Positions 51,722 to 62,605 of a stretch of DNA of 64,000 bases are shown here, in pieces. Location of the stretch: positions 320,001 through 384,000 of the forward strand of contig CAVZRV010000031.1 in NCBI GenBank assembly GCA_963777605.1, written 5' to 3'. Under the pieces are notes generated by a model, which made no database searches, had not been told where the DNA came from, and saw only the letters and a program-made list of their open reading frames with translations. Every line of letters begins with the position of its first letter. Within the stretch, counting starts at the first letter, position 1. The stretch comes from an uncultured Acidobacteriota bacterium (GTDB lineage Bacteria > Acidobacteriota > UBA6911 > RPQK01 > JAPXNP01). The position numbers and the translations under genes are program-made.

Positions 51722-52857
51722 TCAGTGATTCGCCGGGCCGCGTCGAACTCCCCTGAATCCGGTGATACCGCCTTCCTTGATGGGAAGGCTGGTGGCTCCA
51801 CTGATGGCATCGACTGCGGTCCCGGTGGAGCGCCACGAGCCTCCCCGGACCATTCGGATTCCGTCGAGTCCGGCGTGGTATTCCGTGGTATACCAATCGA
51901 GAGTCCATTCGGCGACGTTGCCGGCGAGGTCGCAGATTCCGTAAGGGGAATTGTATTGAGCGAAGCTGCAGACCGGGGCAGTGCCTGCGAATCCGTCCTC
52001 CGAGCCCCGTGCATTACAGCGAAACACTCCGCCCTCATCAGGCGTCCTCGTCTCCCCATGGATAGACACGTTCGGGAAGGGGGTTCGGCTGCTGGGTGGA
52101 GTCGTCTCCGTCGAGGAACCGCCCTCCGCGATACGCCTTTTCCCATTCAGCCTCGGTCGGCAGGCTTAGCCCGCACCAGGAAAGAAATGCGGATGCGTCG
52201 TACCAGGATACTTCGGTGATCGGGAGATTCTCGGTTCCCGGTTTCAGCGAATAGCGTGAGGGTCGGGCTCTGGCCGGTGCGCCCCAGTCCGGCCTTCTCC
52301 ATGCGGGGATTCCAGCCGATCCCGGCTCCGCCGACCTCGTTCAGGTAGTCGACGTACATGGAATTGGTCGTCTCGCTGATCGCCATGTAGTAAGTGGGCA
52401 ACTCCGATACCCGGTTCTTGACTCGCTCCCGATCGAAACCACCGCCAGGTACGCTCTTCATCACGAACTCGCCACCAGGGACTCGGGCCATCCGGATCGC
52501 ACGAACCGCAAATTTGACGTCCTCCAGGCTCTCGAAGGTGGTCTCAGCAGTGCCCCACCACTCAATCTCTTTGGAGCCGGGGCTTTCGACCAGGCCCACT
52601 CCAGAGCCGATCAATTCCGATTCCGGCAGCATCCGCCAGGGATTCCCGGGACCCTTGCTCCAGCGAACAAAGACATATGCCGGCGTCGCCGGTGTGATCG
52701 TCGAATTCGACAGCCTGTAATCCAGCACGACCACCGGACCTCCTAACTTGGTTTCTTTCAGGGCGGCTTTCACCGGGCCGACTGAAAGCCACTGTCCCCA
52801 GAGGACAGCGTTCGAGAAGGCGATCGAGAACACGATCGAGAGAGCAAACCTGAGCAC
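51722..52857 (-). CDS. FGE-sulfatase (SUMF1-like) domain protein (frameshifts near 52250 and 52048)
   Basis: ETTN..Y..YL; VSWYDA..LPTEAEWEKA.RG..YPWG in an adjacent frame; SPYG..DLAGNVAEW..DWY; RGGSW; GFR. Confidence 0.82.
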
Positions 52858-52887
52858 GAGTTCACCTCACATCAAGCTGACGGCGAA

Positions 52888-54213
52888 TCAGACTTCTTCC
52901 GGCACGACCCAAGGAGCCCGATATTCACGGCGCAAGAAACGGTTCGCGTCCGCATCGGCCCGGAACTCCTGCTTCTGTGAATCGAACTGGAGCTTTCGGT
53001 TTCCGACGCGGTAGGAGACGTTGGCGAGGTGGCAGAAGATGGAGGACTTGTGCCCTTCTTCCACGTCGGCCGCCGGGCGCTGGCGCGACCGGATGCAGGA
53101 AACGAAGTTCTGCAAGTGCTGCTGGTCGCTCTGACGCCCCGGTTGCGACCTGACCAGCTCTCCTTTGGAATCGTAGGCTTGCCACCCGCCACCCTGCCGA
53201 CCAAAGTTCATGAAGCCCTCCGTGCCGAAGACTTCGACCTTTGTGCAGGTGAAGGGCCAATCCGGGAACTCGTCCGAATCCCGGACAGAGTTGGGTATTT
53301 TCTTCATATAGGGCGCCCACAGTGCTCCTTCCAGGGTTAGAGTCAGTCCCGGATATTCGAACGCCGCGATTTGGGTATCGGGAATCTCGCGGCCATCCTT
53401 GTGTGCGTATACCCCTCCTGTATGGGAAACCGTCTCCGGATACCCCAGGCCGAGAAGCATCCGGGTCAAGTCGAGCTGGTGGACCGACTCGGCCGCGATG
53501 AACCCGCAGCCGAAGTCCCAGTAATTCTGGTACCAGGTGCCCGGCCGGTAGGAAACCAGCGGCGCCGGGCCGCACCAGAGGTCCCAGTCAAACCCGGAAG
53601 GCGGGCCGTCAACCGCAACATCCTGGTCGGCCGCGTAGTAAGTCTGGTTGTTCACCCGAACCAGGTGGACGTCACCCAGGTTGCCCTGGCGGATGTACTC
53701 GATTGCCAGCTGGACGTACTCGGCGCTGTGGGTCTGGGAGCCGACCTGCACGATGCGCTGGTACTTGCGGGCCGCCGCGATCATCTGATTCCCCTCCCAG
53801 ATGTCGTGGCTCAAGGGCTTCTCGACGTAGACGTCTTTGCCCGCCTGGCAGGCCATGATGGTCGAGAGCGCGTGCCAGTGATCCGGAGTGGCGCTGACCA
53901 GTCCATCGACGTCCTTGTCGTCCAAAATGCGACGAAAATCCTTCACCAACTCGGGCGACCTCTCCTGAACCTGTTCGACACCCTCGAGGGCCCAATCAAA
54001 CCGCCGTTCATTGACGTCACACAGGTAGGCAACCTCGACTCCCGGCAATGCGGCGAACCACTTTGCGAGGAGGGATCCCCGCCCGCCACACCCCATCACA
54101 CCGAGTATGACCTTGTCGTTGGCTGCCACCAGGCGTTTCGATGGTGCCGCCGAGAGCGCGGCTGCCGCGCCCAGAGAAGTTCTCAAGAGTTCCCTCCGTG
54201 AATATCGGCCCAT
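52888..54213 (-). CDS. Gfo/Idh/MocA oxidoreductase with a Tat signal
   Basis: SRRELL; G.GGRG; ATPDHWH; GKDVYVEKP; WDLW.GPAP. Confidence 0.93.
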   Translation of the reverse strand: MGRYSRRELLRTSLGAAAALSAAPSKRLVAANDKVILGVMGCGGRGSLLAKWFAALPGVEVAYLCDVNERRFDWALEGVEQVQERSPELVKDFRRILDDKDVDGLVSATPDHWHALSTIMACQAGKDVYVEKPLSHDIWEGNQMIAAARKYQRIVQVGSQTHSAEYVQLAIEYIRQGNLGDVHLVRVNNQTYYAADQDVAVDGPPSGFDWDLWCGPAPLVSYRPGTWYQNYWDFGCGFIAAESVHQLDLTRMLLGLGYPETVSHTGGVYAHKDGREIPDTQIAAFEYPGLTLTLEGALWAPYMKKIPNSVRDSDEFPDWPFTCTKVEVFGTEGFMNFGRQGGGWQAYDSKGELVRSQPGRQSDQQHLQNFVSCIRSRQRPAADVEEGHKSSIFCHLANVSYRVGNRKLQFDSQKQEFRADADANRFLRREYRAPWVVPEEV

Positions 54214-54554
54214 TTTCACGACCTCGCTTTCCTGAAGTGATGATCGGGATTTCTGGATCGGCCCAGAATCTGAGTCTAGTCCAAGCGACCAGGAATGAAC
54301 ACCGATTCTCGTCGGGCGAACTGAATTGAGCGAGCCTGTCCGACTCCCGCGGACGCAGGGCCGTTGAGGACCTGCGTCTGAGTGTTCGGCAGTCCCGGAG
54401 CGTTCACTCACACACAGAGGCGGCGGTAAGGCAAAGCCGCGCCACTGGGTCCGGGGGCCGAGTCTTTTCGGTCCTCAAGCTGCTGGTCCGACCCGGATCG
54501 ATTCACTCGCGGGCCTTGTCGGCGCCGATCCAGTAGAATAGAAGTCACAGCGGT

Positions 54555-55130
54555 ATGAGTGACAAGCATCGCGTCTGTCCCTGGTGGCTGGGCTACTTCC
54601 TCATGAGCCCGCTTCGCCGGCTCTACGAGGATCCCGGACGCATCCTCGCTCCCTACATCCGGGAGCGGATGACCGTCCTCGAACCGGGAAGCGGGATGGG
54701 ATATTTCACGAAAGAGATCGCCCGCCTGGTCGGCCCTTCGGGTCGCGTGGTGGCGGTGGACATCCAACCGAAGATGCTGGCCGGACTCCGGCGGCGGATG
54801 AAGCGTGCCGGCTTGCTGGATCGGGTTGATGCGCGCCTGACTGGTCCCGATTCATTGGGAATTGACGACCTCGCCGGCAAGGTCGACCTGGCGGTTCTGT
54901 TCCACGTCGTTCACGAGATGCCCGATCAATCCAGACTGTTTCGCGAGCTCCTGGCGGTCCTGAAACCCGGCAGCGAACCTCCTCGTAGCGGAACCTCGAG
55001 GGCATGTTTCCGAGGAAGACTTCGCGGTCTCCCTGGACAAGGCGGAGAACGCCGGCTTCGAGCTCGTTGACCACCCCAGGATCGGCTCGAACCGAACCGC
55101 CCTGCTTCGAAGGGGGTTCCCGATCGGACT
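54555..55130 (+). CDS. Class I SAM methyltransferase (frameshift near 54975; end approximate)
   Basis: HRVCPWW..L..PLR; VLEPGSGMGYFT; AVDIQP.ML; continues LLVAEPRGHV..AGF in another frame. Confidence 0.8.
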
Positions 55131-55131
55131 T

Positions 55132-55520
55132 CTAGGAGATCAAATCACCGGTCCAACGGTCTCGGTCCTTCCAGAAAGGGCACTGAGGGCAACTCTCCCC
55201 ATCAGGGTAGTCTATCCCTTCTTCATGAGGGCACCCGATAATCCGGTCTGTCATCACCACGGAACGGACCTTGTTCGCCTTCATGAATTCGACGATCTCT
55301 GCACCGATCAACGGGTCGGTCCTCACGTCATGTCCGTCGGCGATCCATCTCCTCATGTCATCCGCATCAGCGCCTTCGCCAGGAACGATTCCGACTGCGA
55401 CCTTGGAAGCCGTTCGATCAAATCGCCGGGCAGTAAGGGGCCGCGGTCCGGGCAATCGGGCAAGCCCTTGAACCTCTCGGTCGAGCTTTCCACTGGGGAT
55501 TGCCTTCCCTACTCTTGTCA
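55132..55520 (-). CDS. Small Cys-motif protein (N-terminus apparently frameshifted)
   Basis: ASKVAVGI..IIGCPHEEGIDYP.GE.CP.CPFW..RDRW. Confidence 0.6.
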
Positions 55521-55647
55521 GAGCTCCTCCTGCAGTAGCGTTCCGCTCTTGCCCCGAAAAGTACGAACGGACGCGACAGCTTCCGATCTGCCGTGCCGGA
55601 GAACGAGACCCTCCTCAGGCGATCGACACAGGGAACCAGGAGGTCAT

Positions 55648-56584
55648 TCAGAGTGCGTCGACGGTCGGGATTTCCGAGCAGATCGGGCAACTCGGTTGCC
55701 GCATTGAACAGGATCGGATAATAGGTTCCGCCCATCCTCTCCCCCTTCGGGACGACCGGGTAATTGTCGGCACCGGGGGCGTTTGGCGAATCGTCCTCGC
55801 GGTTCGAGACGACGCCGTCCGCGAACACATTGATCAAGGTCGCCCGACGAGGCCGGTCGGAGCGGTTCTCATAAGAGCCGTGCATCAGGCACGGATGATG
55901 AAAACTCGCCTCGCCCGCCTTCAACTCGATCGGAACCCGTCGCTCAAAGCACTCCAGTTGTTCCTCGGTGAGAACACTGCGCACCGCATCCATGTCACCG
56001 GCCAACCCCGTCTTCTCCAACAGTCCCCACGAGTGGCTTCCGGGCACGTAGTACATACAGCCGTTCTTCGTGTCCACGTCGTCAAGAGCGATCCATGCAG
56101 TGAGATGCGCCATGGGAGAAGTCCAGGTCCAGTACGAGAAGTCCTGGTGCCAGGCAACGACTCCGCCGTGTCGTGCCGGCTTGCTGAATAACTGATCGTG
56201 GAATAAGCGGTAGCTCTTTCCAAGAAGCTGGTAGGCAGGCATCCGGAAGCCGGGAGCCCACAGGACGTCGTGGAAGGCAGGTGTGACGCGCCAAGCGCCG
56301 AGAGCGTGAAAGAGAACCGTGCCGGGATCCTCCGACTCGTTGCTGTGGTACTCGTAGAAGAACTCATTTCCCGGATTGTTGCGATTCGTCACCTTTTCCA
56401 GGTCGCTTCGCAAAGTGTCAAGTTGTCTCTCATCGAGCACTTTGACGCCGCTGACAAAGCCATCCACCCTGAAATGCTCCAACTGATCTTCGCTCAGGGT
56501 GTAAGCCATCCATTCAGCCGGGCTCTTGGGCTGAGGAAACAGATTCGTGATGGGCTCACCGAACACACCTAGATCTTGTGACAC
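55648..56584 (-). CDS. Phytanoyl-CoA dioxygenase (PhyH) family Fe/2OG enzyme
   Basis: HDQLF.KP, WHQD, NGCM.YVPGSH, FHH..HGS..N.S..PRR; probable frameshift near 55680. Confidence 0.9.
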
Positions 56585-56743
56585 TGACTTTCCTTTCCGA
56601 TTTGCAGGCCGGCCGGAGAGGCTCCGACCAGCTTGTATCGATTCTAATCAATGTGTCCAGAATTGGCTCCAACAAAACGCCCTTGACGCAATTTCAGGCA
56701 ACCCACCCTGAACCAACCCTTTATAATCATTGTTGGGAGGACG

Positions 56744-57772
56744 ATGAGCAGACAAATCCCAATGGGCCGTCATAAACTCAGGGCCGCCGCTCTTCTGATT
56801 GTCACCATTCTCGTCTCGACAATGGCGCTGAACGCACAAGAAAAGGAACGGACGATCAAAATACTGGAAGTAAGAAAGATTTGGGACAAAGCGCCTCACA
56901 ATGCGTTCACTGATCTTATTCGATTTGAGAATCAATGGTATTGCGCTTTTCGGGAAGGCCGCAGCCATCTTTCCGACGACGGTCGACTCCGGGTGATCCG
57001 GTCTGAAAACGGCGACGTGTGGACATCCGTCGCGCTCATGGAGTGGGACGGCGGCGATCTGCGAGACGCGAAACTTTCAATCTCCGCACAGGGTCAACTC
57101 ATGCTGAACGGTGCGGTACGTTTCCTGAAACCGGCAGATCGGAATAGCCACCAGTCGGTCACGTGGCTGACTCGCGATGGCGAACACTGGAGTGGACCTT
57201 TCTCGTGCCCGACCGGTTTGGGGACTTGGCGCTGGAGCACCACGTGGCACAAGGGTACCGCTTACAGCTTCGGGTACGGCGGCAAGGATCAGCAGGGCTG
57301 CCTGTACCGTTCCGAAGACGGCAGCACTTGGGACATCGTGAAAGACGACGTCTTTCCCGATGCCCAGACATACGGCAATGAGACGTCACTCGTCTTTCTG
57401 AGGGACGACACGGCCTATTGTCTTCTGCGGCGAGACAAGGGAAGCTGCAGCGCGATGCTCGGCGTTTCTCAACCGCCCTATATCGACTGGAAGTGGAGCG
57501 ACCTTGGAACACGCATAGGCGGGCCAAAGATGATTTCGTTTGGCAAGAACCGTTTTCTGGCGGCGGTTCGTCTTTACGATGGAACTCAGCGGACATCCCT
57601 CTGCTGGATTGATCCCCAGACAGCCACACTCACTGAGGCAGTCAAGCTCCCGTCCGGGGGTGATTCGAGCTACGCAGGCATTGTGCGCCAAGACGATGTG
57701 CTTTGGGTCAGTTATTACTCATCTCACGAAGGCAAAGCGGCGATCTACCTGGCAAAGCTCAAGATCGACTAG
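56744..57772 (+). CDS. Secreted sialidase-like (BNR repeat) beta-propeller
   Basis: HNAFTDL.RF, FREG..H, S.DG..W repeats, SGGDSSY.G, SYYSSHEG. Confidence 0.8.
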   Translation: MSRQIPMGRHKLRAAALLIVTILVSTMALNAQEKERTIKILEVRKIWDKAPHNAFTDLIRFENQWYCAFREGRSHLSDDGRLRVIRSENGDVWTSVALMEWDGGDLRDAKLSISAQGQLMLNGAVRFLKPADRNSHQSVTWLTRDGEHWSGPFSCPTGLGTWRWSTTWHKGTAYSFGYGGKDQQGCLYRSEDGSTWDIVKDDVFPDAQTYGNETSLVFLRDDTAYCLLRRDKGSCSAMLGVSQPPYIDWKWSDLGTRIGGPKMISFGKNRFLAAVRLYDGTQRTSLCWIDPQTATLTEAVKLPSGGDSSYAGIVRQDDVLWVSYYSSHEGKAAIYLAKLKID

Positions 57773-57787
57773 AAGATCCTCCATGAC

Positions 57788-57918
57788 TCAAGAAATGAGT
57801 GTGAACGGGTGATGGAGCCACACTGCATGGCGGATGATCTCAGCGGGGAAACAATGCCCGCGATAGCTGGGTTTCATTCCCTGGTTCGTCACCGAACAAC
57901 GCTCAACTTGACAGTACC
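57788..57918 (-). mobile_element. IS6-family remnant (left IR plus truncated transposase)
   Basis: IR GGTACTGTCAAGTTG, then MKPSYRGHCFPAEIIRHAVWLHHPFTLIS*, which resembles the IS6 N-terminus (Y..H.FP.EII..AVWLY.RF.LS). Confidence 0.75.
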
Positions 57919-58236
57919 CTGAGGACCTTGGGTGGCCGCCCGCAACCAGTGAAAGCGCCAGACATGCAGACCTGAAATTGGTTCTGGATGAATTTGAGAA
58001 TCTGTATCTGGAGCGTTGGACGACGGCACTGTCGGCATCGGAACGACATGCATTCTGTGAATTCCCGGCGCAGCGTTGGTCAGCGCCCTGTCGCGGCGCG
58101 CCCCCCCAGTCGTGCGGCGGGAGATGCGCAATCACCCACGGTTCCGGAAGCCTCCCTCGGAACAACCTATGAACCCGACTCGGAGCCGGCATCTTACTGT
58201 CCCAGGAGACAGCGCAAGCAATCAACCAGAACCCGC

Positions 58237-59184
58237 TCATCGAAAACCGAGGTCGGTCTCACGAAGCGCCTTTGCTCGAGACCTCTGGGGCCTCAGAACG
58301 TTCCAGGATCCGGCGGCCACCGGAACGGGTTGGTGGAGACGGCGATATATTCCGCGGCGTCTCAACTCGTCAAGCCACTCAAGGACCAAGGCCCTTGGAC
58401 CAATCACCACCCCCCGAGTCAACTCCTGCCGTTGCTCAAGGTAAGTCCCGGCTTGGAGTCCGCGTTCCAACTCGGCATTAACAACTTGCACCGGAATCGC
58501 CGCCTGACCCTCTTTGCTGGGGATCGCTCCGCGCCAGTAGAGTCTCCACCGGTACTCGTGGACACACTCGTCAACAGGCGTGTTGAGTAATATCTCAGCG
58601 AGAGGGACCAAGTATCCGTCCTTCCGCTCCAACCGAGCCCGAACAGAACCGACCTCCCAATCCTCAGGGCGCTTCACCAGCCCTGCACGGACCGGATTCA
58701 GATCGATATACAGCATGACGTCGATCACCGCCTTTGGGTCGGTGATCATTACGGACTTAAATCGTCCCGCAAACAGCGAACCCCGGCGGTGGAACCGCCG
58801 ATTGAACCAGGTTGCGAAATCGCCGTTGACGTTTCGCATTAATTCACTGACGTCGAAGAGTCGGTGGTTGAACCGACGCCACTCGCGCCGAGTCTTTGGT
58901 CGGTCGGTTGTCCTCGGATAGAAGCGTTCGGCAATCGACTCCAACCGGCGTTGCGAAAGCCGACGATAGGCTTCGAATCGCAAGCCTGTGTGGGAATGGT
59001 CGCCCATGAGAGACCAGGCCCAGAGTCGGCAGAAATAGAGTTCAACGTATCGGAAGAGAATTCGGCGATATTCCCACTGTACCACCGGGTCGTGAAGCGG
59101 ATACCAGTCTAAGGGTCCCACGATACGGGAACACACGTGGTAATCGGTTTGCCTATCAAGGGTCTTCAGCCTTGGAAGTCGCAT
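58237..59184 (-). mobile_element. REP-associated tyrosine transposase (RAYT, HUH Y1)
   Basis: YHV.SR, M.DHSH (HUH), FN.R..R.G.LF.GRFKS, YIDLNPVRAGLV..PEDW..S. Confidence 0.88.
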
Positions 59185-59369
59185 TCTCAGTCCCCTGCTG
59201 CGCTAGAACGAAATTCGGGTCAACCGCGCCATTGAGAGCCCGTTTTCTGGCCCCTCATTGGAATAGAACGTTCCAGAAGCGAAAACTGCGAGCAACCGGA
59301 GAGAGTAAACTCATTCGTCAGCGAGGCTCAGACCGATTTCACGGAAGCATTTGACGCTGTGAGATCAGC

Positions 59370-59419
59370 CCAAGGTGGTCAGGGTCCGTCCCCACCAAGG
59401 TGGTCAGGGTCCGTCCCCA
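59370..59419. repeat. 25-bp perfect tandem duplication containing the GGGGACGGACCC core
   Basis: CCAAGGTGGTCAGGGTCCGTCCCCA x2, upstream of the RAYT gene. Confidence 0.85.
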
Positions 59420-59527
59420 CTACGCCAAGTGTCGGTGGCTTGAGCGATCAAATTGCGGGTTAACCGTGCGAACGGAATCAGGTCGGCCCGTGCGAGTGTC
59501 CAGGGAGGGTGAACTGGCTTTCTGCCC

Positions 59528-59920
59528 TTAGGCTCCATTGTTTCCCAGTGCAGTGCGGACCACTTCGGACAACTGGTCAGCGGTACACGGTTTCGGCATA
59601 AACCAGACTCCGTCCACGTTCTTCTGCGTCGAGGCCTCCCGCCAGTCTGAGAGGACGATGATCGGGATATCCGGTCGGGTTCCCCAAGTCCGGGCGGAAA
59701 GGACAATACCGCCAGACTGCTGGGCATCAAGGTCAATCAGGATCATGTCATACCTCCCTTGGTACAGGATCGAGAAAGCCTCTTCCACCTTGGTGACAAC
59801 CTCGGTGAGATGGCCAAGCTCGTCCAGTAGTCGCCGTCCTTCTTCCAGGATGGAGGACTTTCCAAATATCAGAAGGGCTGACTTTTGATCGAAGCGCGGT
59901 AAACAATTTGCAGCACTCAT
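59528..59920 (-). CDS. Stand-alone atypical receiver domain
   Basis: YDMILID..G..L..P..PIIVLS..KP; lacks the acidic pair after beta1. Confidence 0.65.
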   Translation of the reverse strand: MSAANCLPRFDQKSALLIFGKSSILEEGRRLLDELGHLTEVVTKVEEAFSILYQGRYDMILIDLDAQQSGGIVLSARTWGTRPDIPIIVLSDWREASTQKNVDGVWFMPKPCTADQLSEVVRTALGNNGA

Positions 59921-60263
59921 TAGCGCTTCAAATCCTCATTTGAACACTCGTCGAAAAATTGCTGTCGGTCGCGATAACGCTTGACTTGCCATTCACCGTC
60001 CGGAACGTATCGAATATTCTGAGTGAAATTGGAAATGTCCACTAATTGAAATATCGTCAATGCTGCCTGTTTCTTTAGAGCCCCGTAGGAGTTTTCCTAT
60101 CTGTTGGGCAATTGAATTCGTAGAGGTTGAGTGGGAGCATCTCCCCAAGACAGGAAGCTCAGCGGAGGGAAATCCTGCACCTTGAGGGTCAAAGTAGAGC
60201 CAGCCGAATCCCGAATGCAACAGAAATTCGGTTCGGGACACTACCGACAGGTTTCGGGAGGAT

Positions 60264-61340
60264 TCAGTCGACCGACTGCAAGGCAGCCGGACCGTTCACG
60301 GATTCTCCACACGCCCGAAGAGCCATGACGGAAAATGCTGTTCCAGGATTGGAGACGTAGTGCTTCTCATCTTTTTCCATTGAAGGTGTGAACCACCTGC
60401 CACTGGCCCGCTGGTTCCCTTTCAGCCAATTGATCCCCTTTTGAATCCTCGGATCCTGGGCCGGAACCCCGGCCGCACGCAATACATAGATCACGAAGCC
60501 GGTTCCATACCCGTCACTGGTCGCAAAATTCTGAGGCGATCCATCAGCTCGTTTCCAGTTCCGGCCAAGCGTCGCCAACCCCCATCCCCCGTCAGGCTGC
60601 TGAGAAGCAAAAAGCGCCTCGACGGTCTCGTCACGACTAGCCCTGTCCATAATCCCGCTGACATGGAGCGAAGCCAGCAACCGCATTGCACGGTTGTGCA
60701 GGTTCACTGGTGGGTTCTCCCGAAGATAGGATCGTATGCGCTGAAGGCCTTTCCGCGCCCGGGGTGTTTCGGCATACCCACCGGGGGCGAGGCCAACGCC
60801 GAGTGCAGCCATGGTTACGCCATAGTCGTCGTCAATCTCAGAAGGAGGCTTGTTGTTGTGAATCCAGTCCCATCCTCCGTCATCTCGTTGCGATTCCCAC
60901 ATACGAGCCAAAGCCAAGCGTGTTGACGAGTCGAGCACTCCTGAGGTGCGGGAATCGTACATGGCCAGAACCGAAGCTACCATCACTGCTTCCGCGGGCA
61001 TAAACGTCGATTCTCTAGGATGGACGGCAAGGTTCCTTGCTGCTTCGAGCACCGCCTGTTCTGCAGGGCCAGCGGTCGAAACCATTGACCGTACCATCAG
61101 CAATGAATAGCTTGCGTGACAGGAGAGGCAAGTGTTCTCCCGTCCCCATCGCAGGGCCTCATCGTCCAGCGCTTCCAGCGCCGCCTCAAGCGAGAACGTC
61201 TCCCTGAGAGGTTCATCGGGACGGTTCTCGACTTCCTGGTCCGATGCTTCCGTGCGGGCGGAATGAAAAACCGACAACGGGGAGAAACTCAGAAAAGCCA
61301 GCCCAGCCAGTATCAAAAAAAACGACCGCCGCACAATCAT
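60264..61340 (-). CDS. Secreted prenyltransferase/squalene cyclase-like alpha-alpha barrel protein
   Basis: QW repeats (QRDDGGW, QQPDGGW, QRASGRW); CLSCH; SDGYGTG; signal peptide. Confidence 0.8.
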   Translation of the reverse strand: MIVRRSFFLILAGLAFLSFSPLSVFHSARTEASDQEVENRPDEPLRETFSLEAALEALDDEALRWGRENTCLSCHASYSLLMVRSMVSTAGPAEQAVLEAARNLAVHPRESTFMPAEAVMVASVLAMYDSRTSGVLDSSTRLALARMWESQRDDGGWDWIHNNKPPSEIDDDYGVTMAALGVGLAPGGYAETPRARKGLQRIRSYLRENPPVNLHNRAMRLLASLHVSGIMDRASRDETVEALFASQQPDGGWGLATLGRNWKRADGSPQNFATSDGYGTGFVIYVLRAAGVPAQDPRIQKGINWLKGNQRASGRWFTPSMEKDEKHYVSNPGTAFSVMALRACGESVNGPAALQSVD

Positions 61341-61467
61341 GATGTCTGTACCAATACTAGCTCTAATCAAGTGCGGCGCATATCCCTGTCACACAAGGGT
61401 GAGCAGCGCAAGTCAATTGGTTTCAGGATGCCTCCAGGAGTGGGATCATAAGCGCGCCAAGACAGGG

Positions 61468-62307
61468 TCAGTGGATCTTTTCCAAGTGTTCGGCTGCCCT
61501 CTGAATTGACACCTCGGAGGTCTCAACTTCACTCAACACCTCTCCGCTACCAGAGGCCTCGTTCCGACCGATTTTGACGAGTCTTCGGAGGTCGGCTTCA
61601 ACACCTTGCAGGACTCGCAAGACTCTTCCATCTATGGCTGGAGGAGCCGGTTTCTGGGCCTCGATCAACGTGGCGTCCGTCTTCCTGAACCACTCGGCTT
61701 GCCCGAAAAGTTCACCTCTAATTGACTCCCATTCTGAGCGGGCGCGACTCAGCTCGGGAATCCCGTAGCCAACGCCAAGCTCCTCGTCGACCCTGGCGGA
61801 CCAGAGAAAGATCCGTTGGCCCAGTTGCTGCCGAACTGCATGTGGGTCAGTTGTTCGGATCTTTTCGGCGAGCAACCGAGCGGCACGTTCCAGCCTGGAA
61901 ACGTCCTCGAGTCGGATTGGAAAGGATTGGTAAAGAACGCTTTCCACTCCTCCAATTTCAGTCCGATAGCTCTCGGCATGGAGTCTGGCCAGACCACCGA
62001 TAGAGCTTTTATTGTTGAGACCCGGCAAGTCACCGACCTCGACGATGTCGTTCGCGAGACTGCCCACTTCACCTGACTGATCCAGTGGAACCCCGACATT
62101 GAAATACCAGAGCGCGGCAAGAATCAGAACAATAAGTAGTGCGACAGGCGCCATACGATGCAAGGACCGGTTTCCCGGGCCAGAGGATGATCGACTGCGC
62201 ATGCAAAGCGCACATCCGGGCAATGACGGGTTGTAGTGCAGGCCGTGGAGTTCACAGTAGGCCGCCTGCAGTCCTGAATCCAAAAATCGCTCGTCTTTCC
62301 TTTCCAT
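61468..62307 (-). CDS. Membrane-anchored hypothetical protein with an N-terminal C..HG..GC..C motif
   Basis: CELHGLHYNP..GCALC, then a TM helix and a helical domain. Confidence 0.55.
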   Translation of the reverse strand: MERKDERFLDSGLQAAYCELHGLHYNPSLPGCALCMRSRSSSGPGNRSLHRMAPVALLIVLILAALWYFNVGVPLDQSGEVGSLANDIVEVGDLPGLNNKSSIGGLARLHAESYRTEIGGVESVLYQSFPIRLEDVSRLERAARLLAEKIRTTDPHAVRQQLGQRIFLWSARVDEELGVGYGIPELSRARSEWESIRGELFGQAEWFRKTDATLIEAQKPAPPAIDGRVLRVLQGVEADLRRLVKIGRNEASGSGEVLSEVETSEVSIQRAAEHLEKIH

Positions 62308-62605
62308 TCTTGTCCGCCGGTCAGTCAATCCGGAAGCAACTTGTTGAACAGGCCATGAACCTGCATCTAGCTTCTAATCGGCGAGAAGTCGGCAATGCTT
62401 GAGAAACAGGTCAGAAGTCCTTGTTGTTTTCTGAATTGGGATTTGCCGGAGAATCACTTCAACACACACTGCTGATCCTCATTTGCGCCACGATCAATCG
62501 CAAATCAAGCCGAAGACGGTCGGCAATCTGGTCAGATACTTTAATTACTGGCGGGGCCATCCGGAATAGAGAAAAGGAAGCCTGCGGTCCAGGATTGGAT
62601 TTGAA

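Noticed and set aside
52043-52050. TGA after YPWGDEDA in the FGE gene as Sec
   Set aside because: Homology continues in a different frame, so this is an indel rather than read-through.
58025-58041. GGCACTGTCGGCA as a second IS6 inverted repeat
   Set aside because: It faces away from the remnant and has no recognisable transposase sequence beside it.
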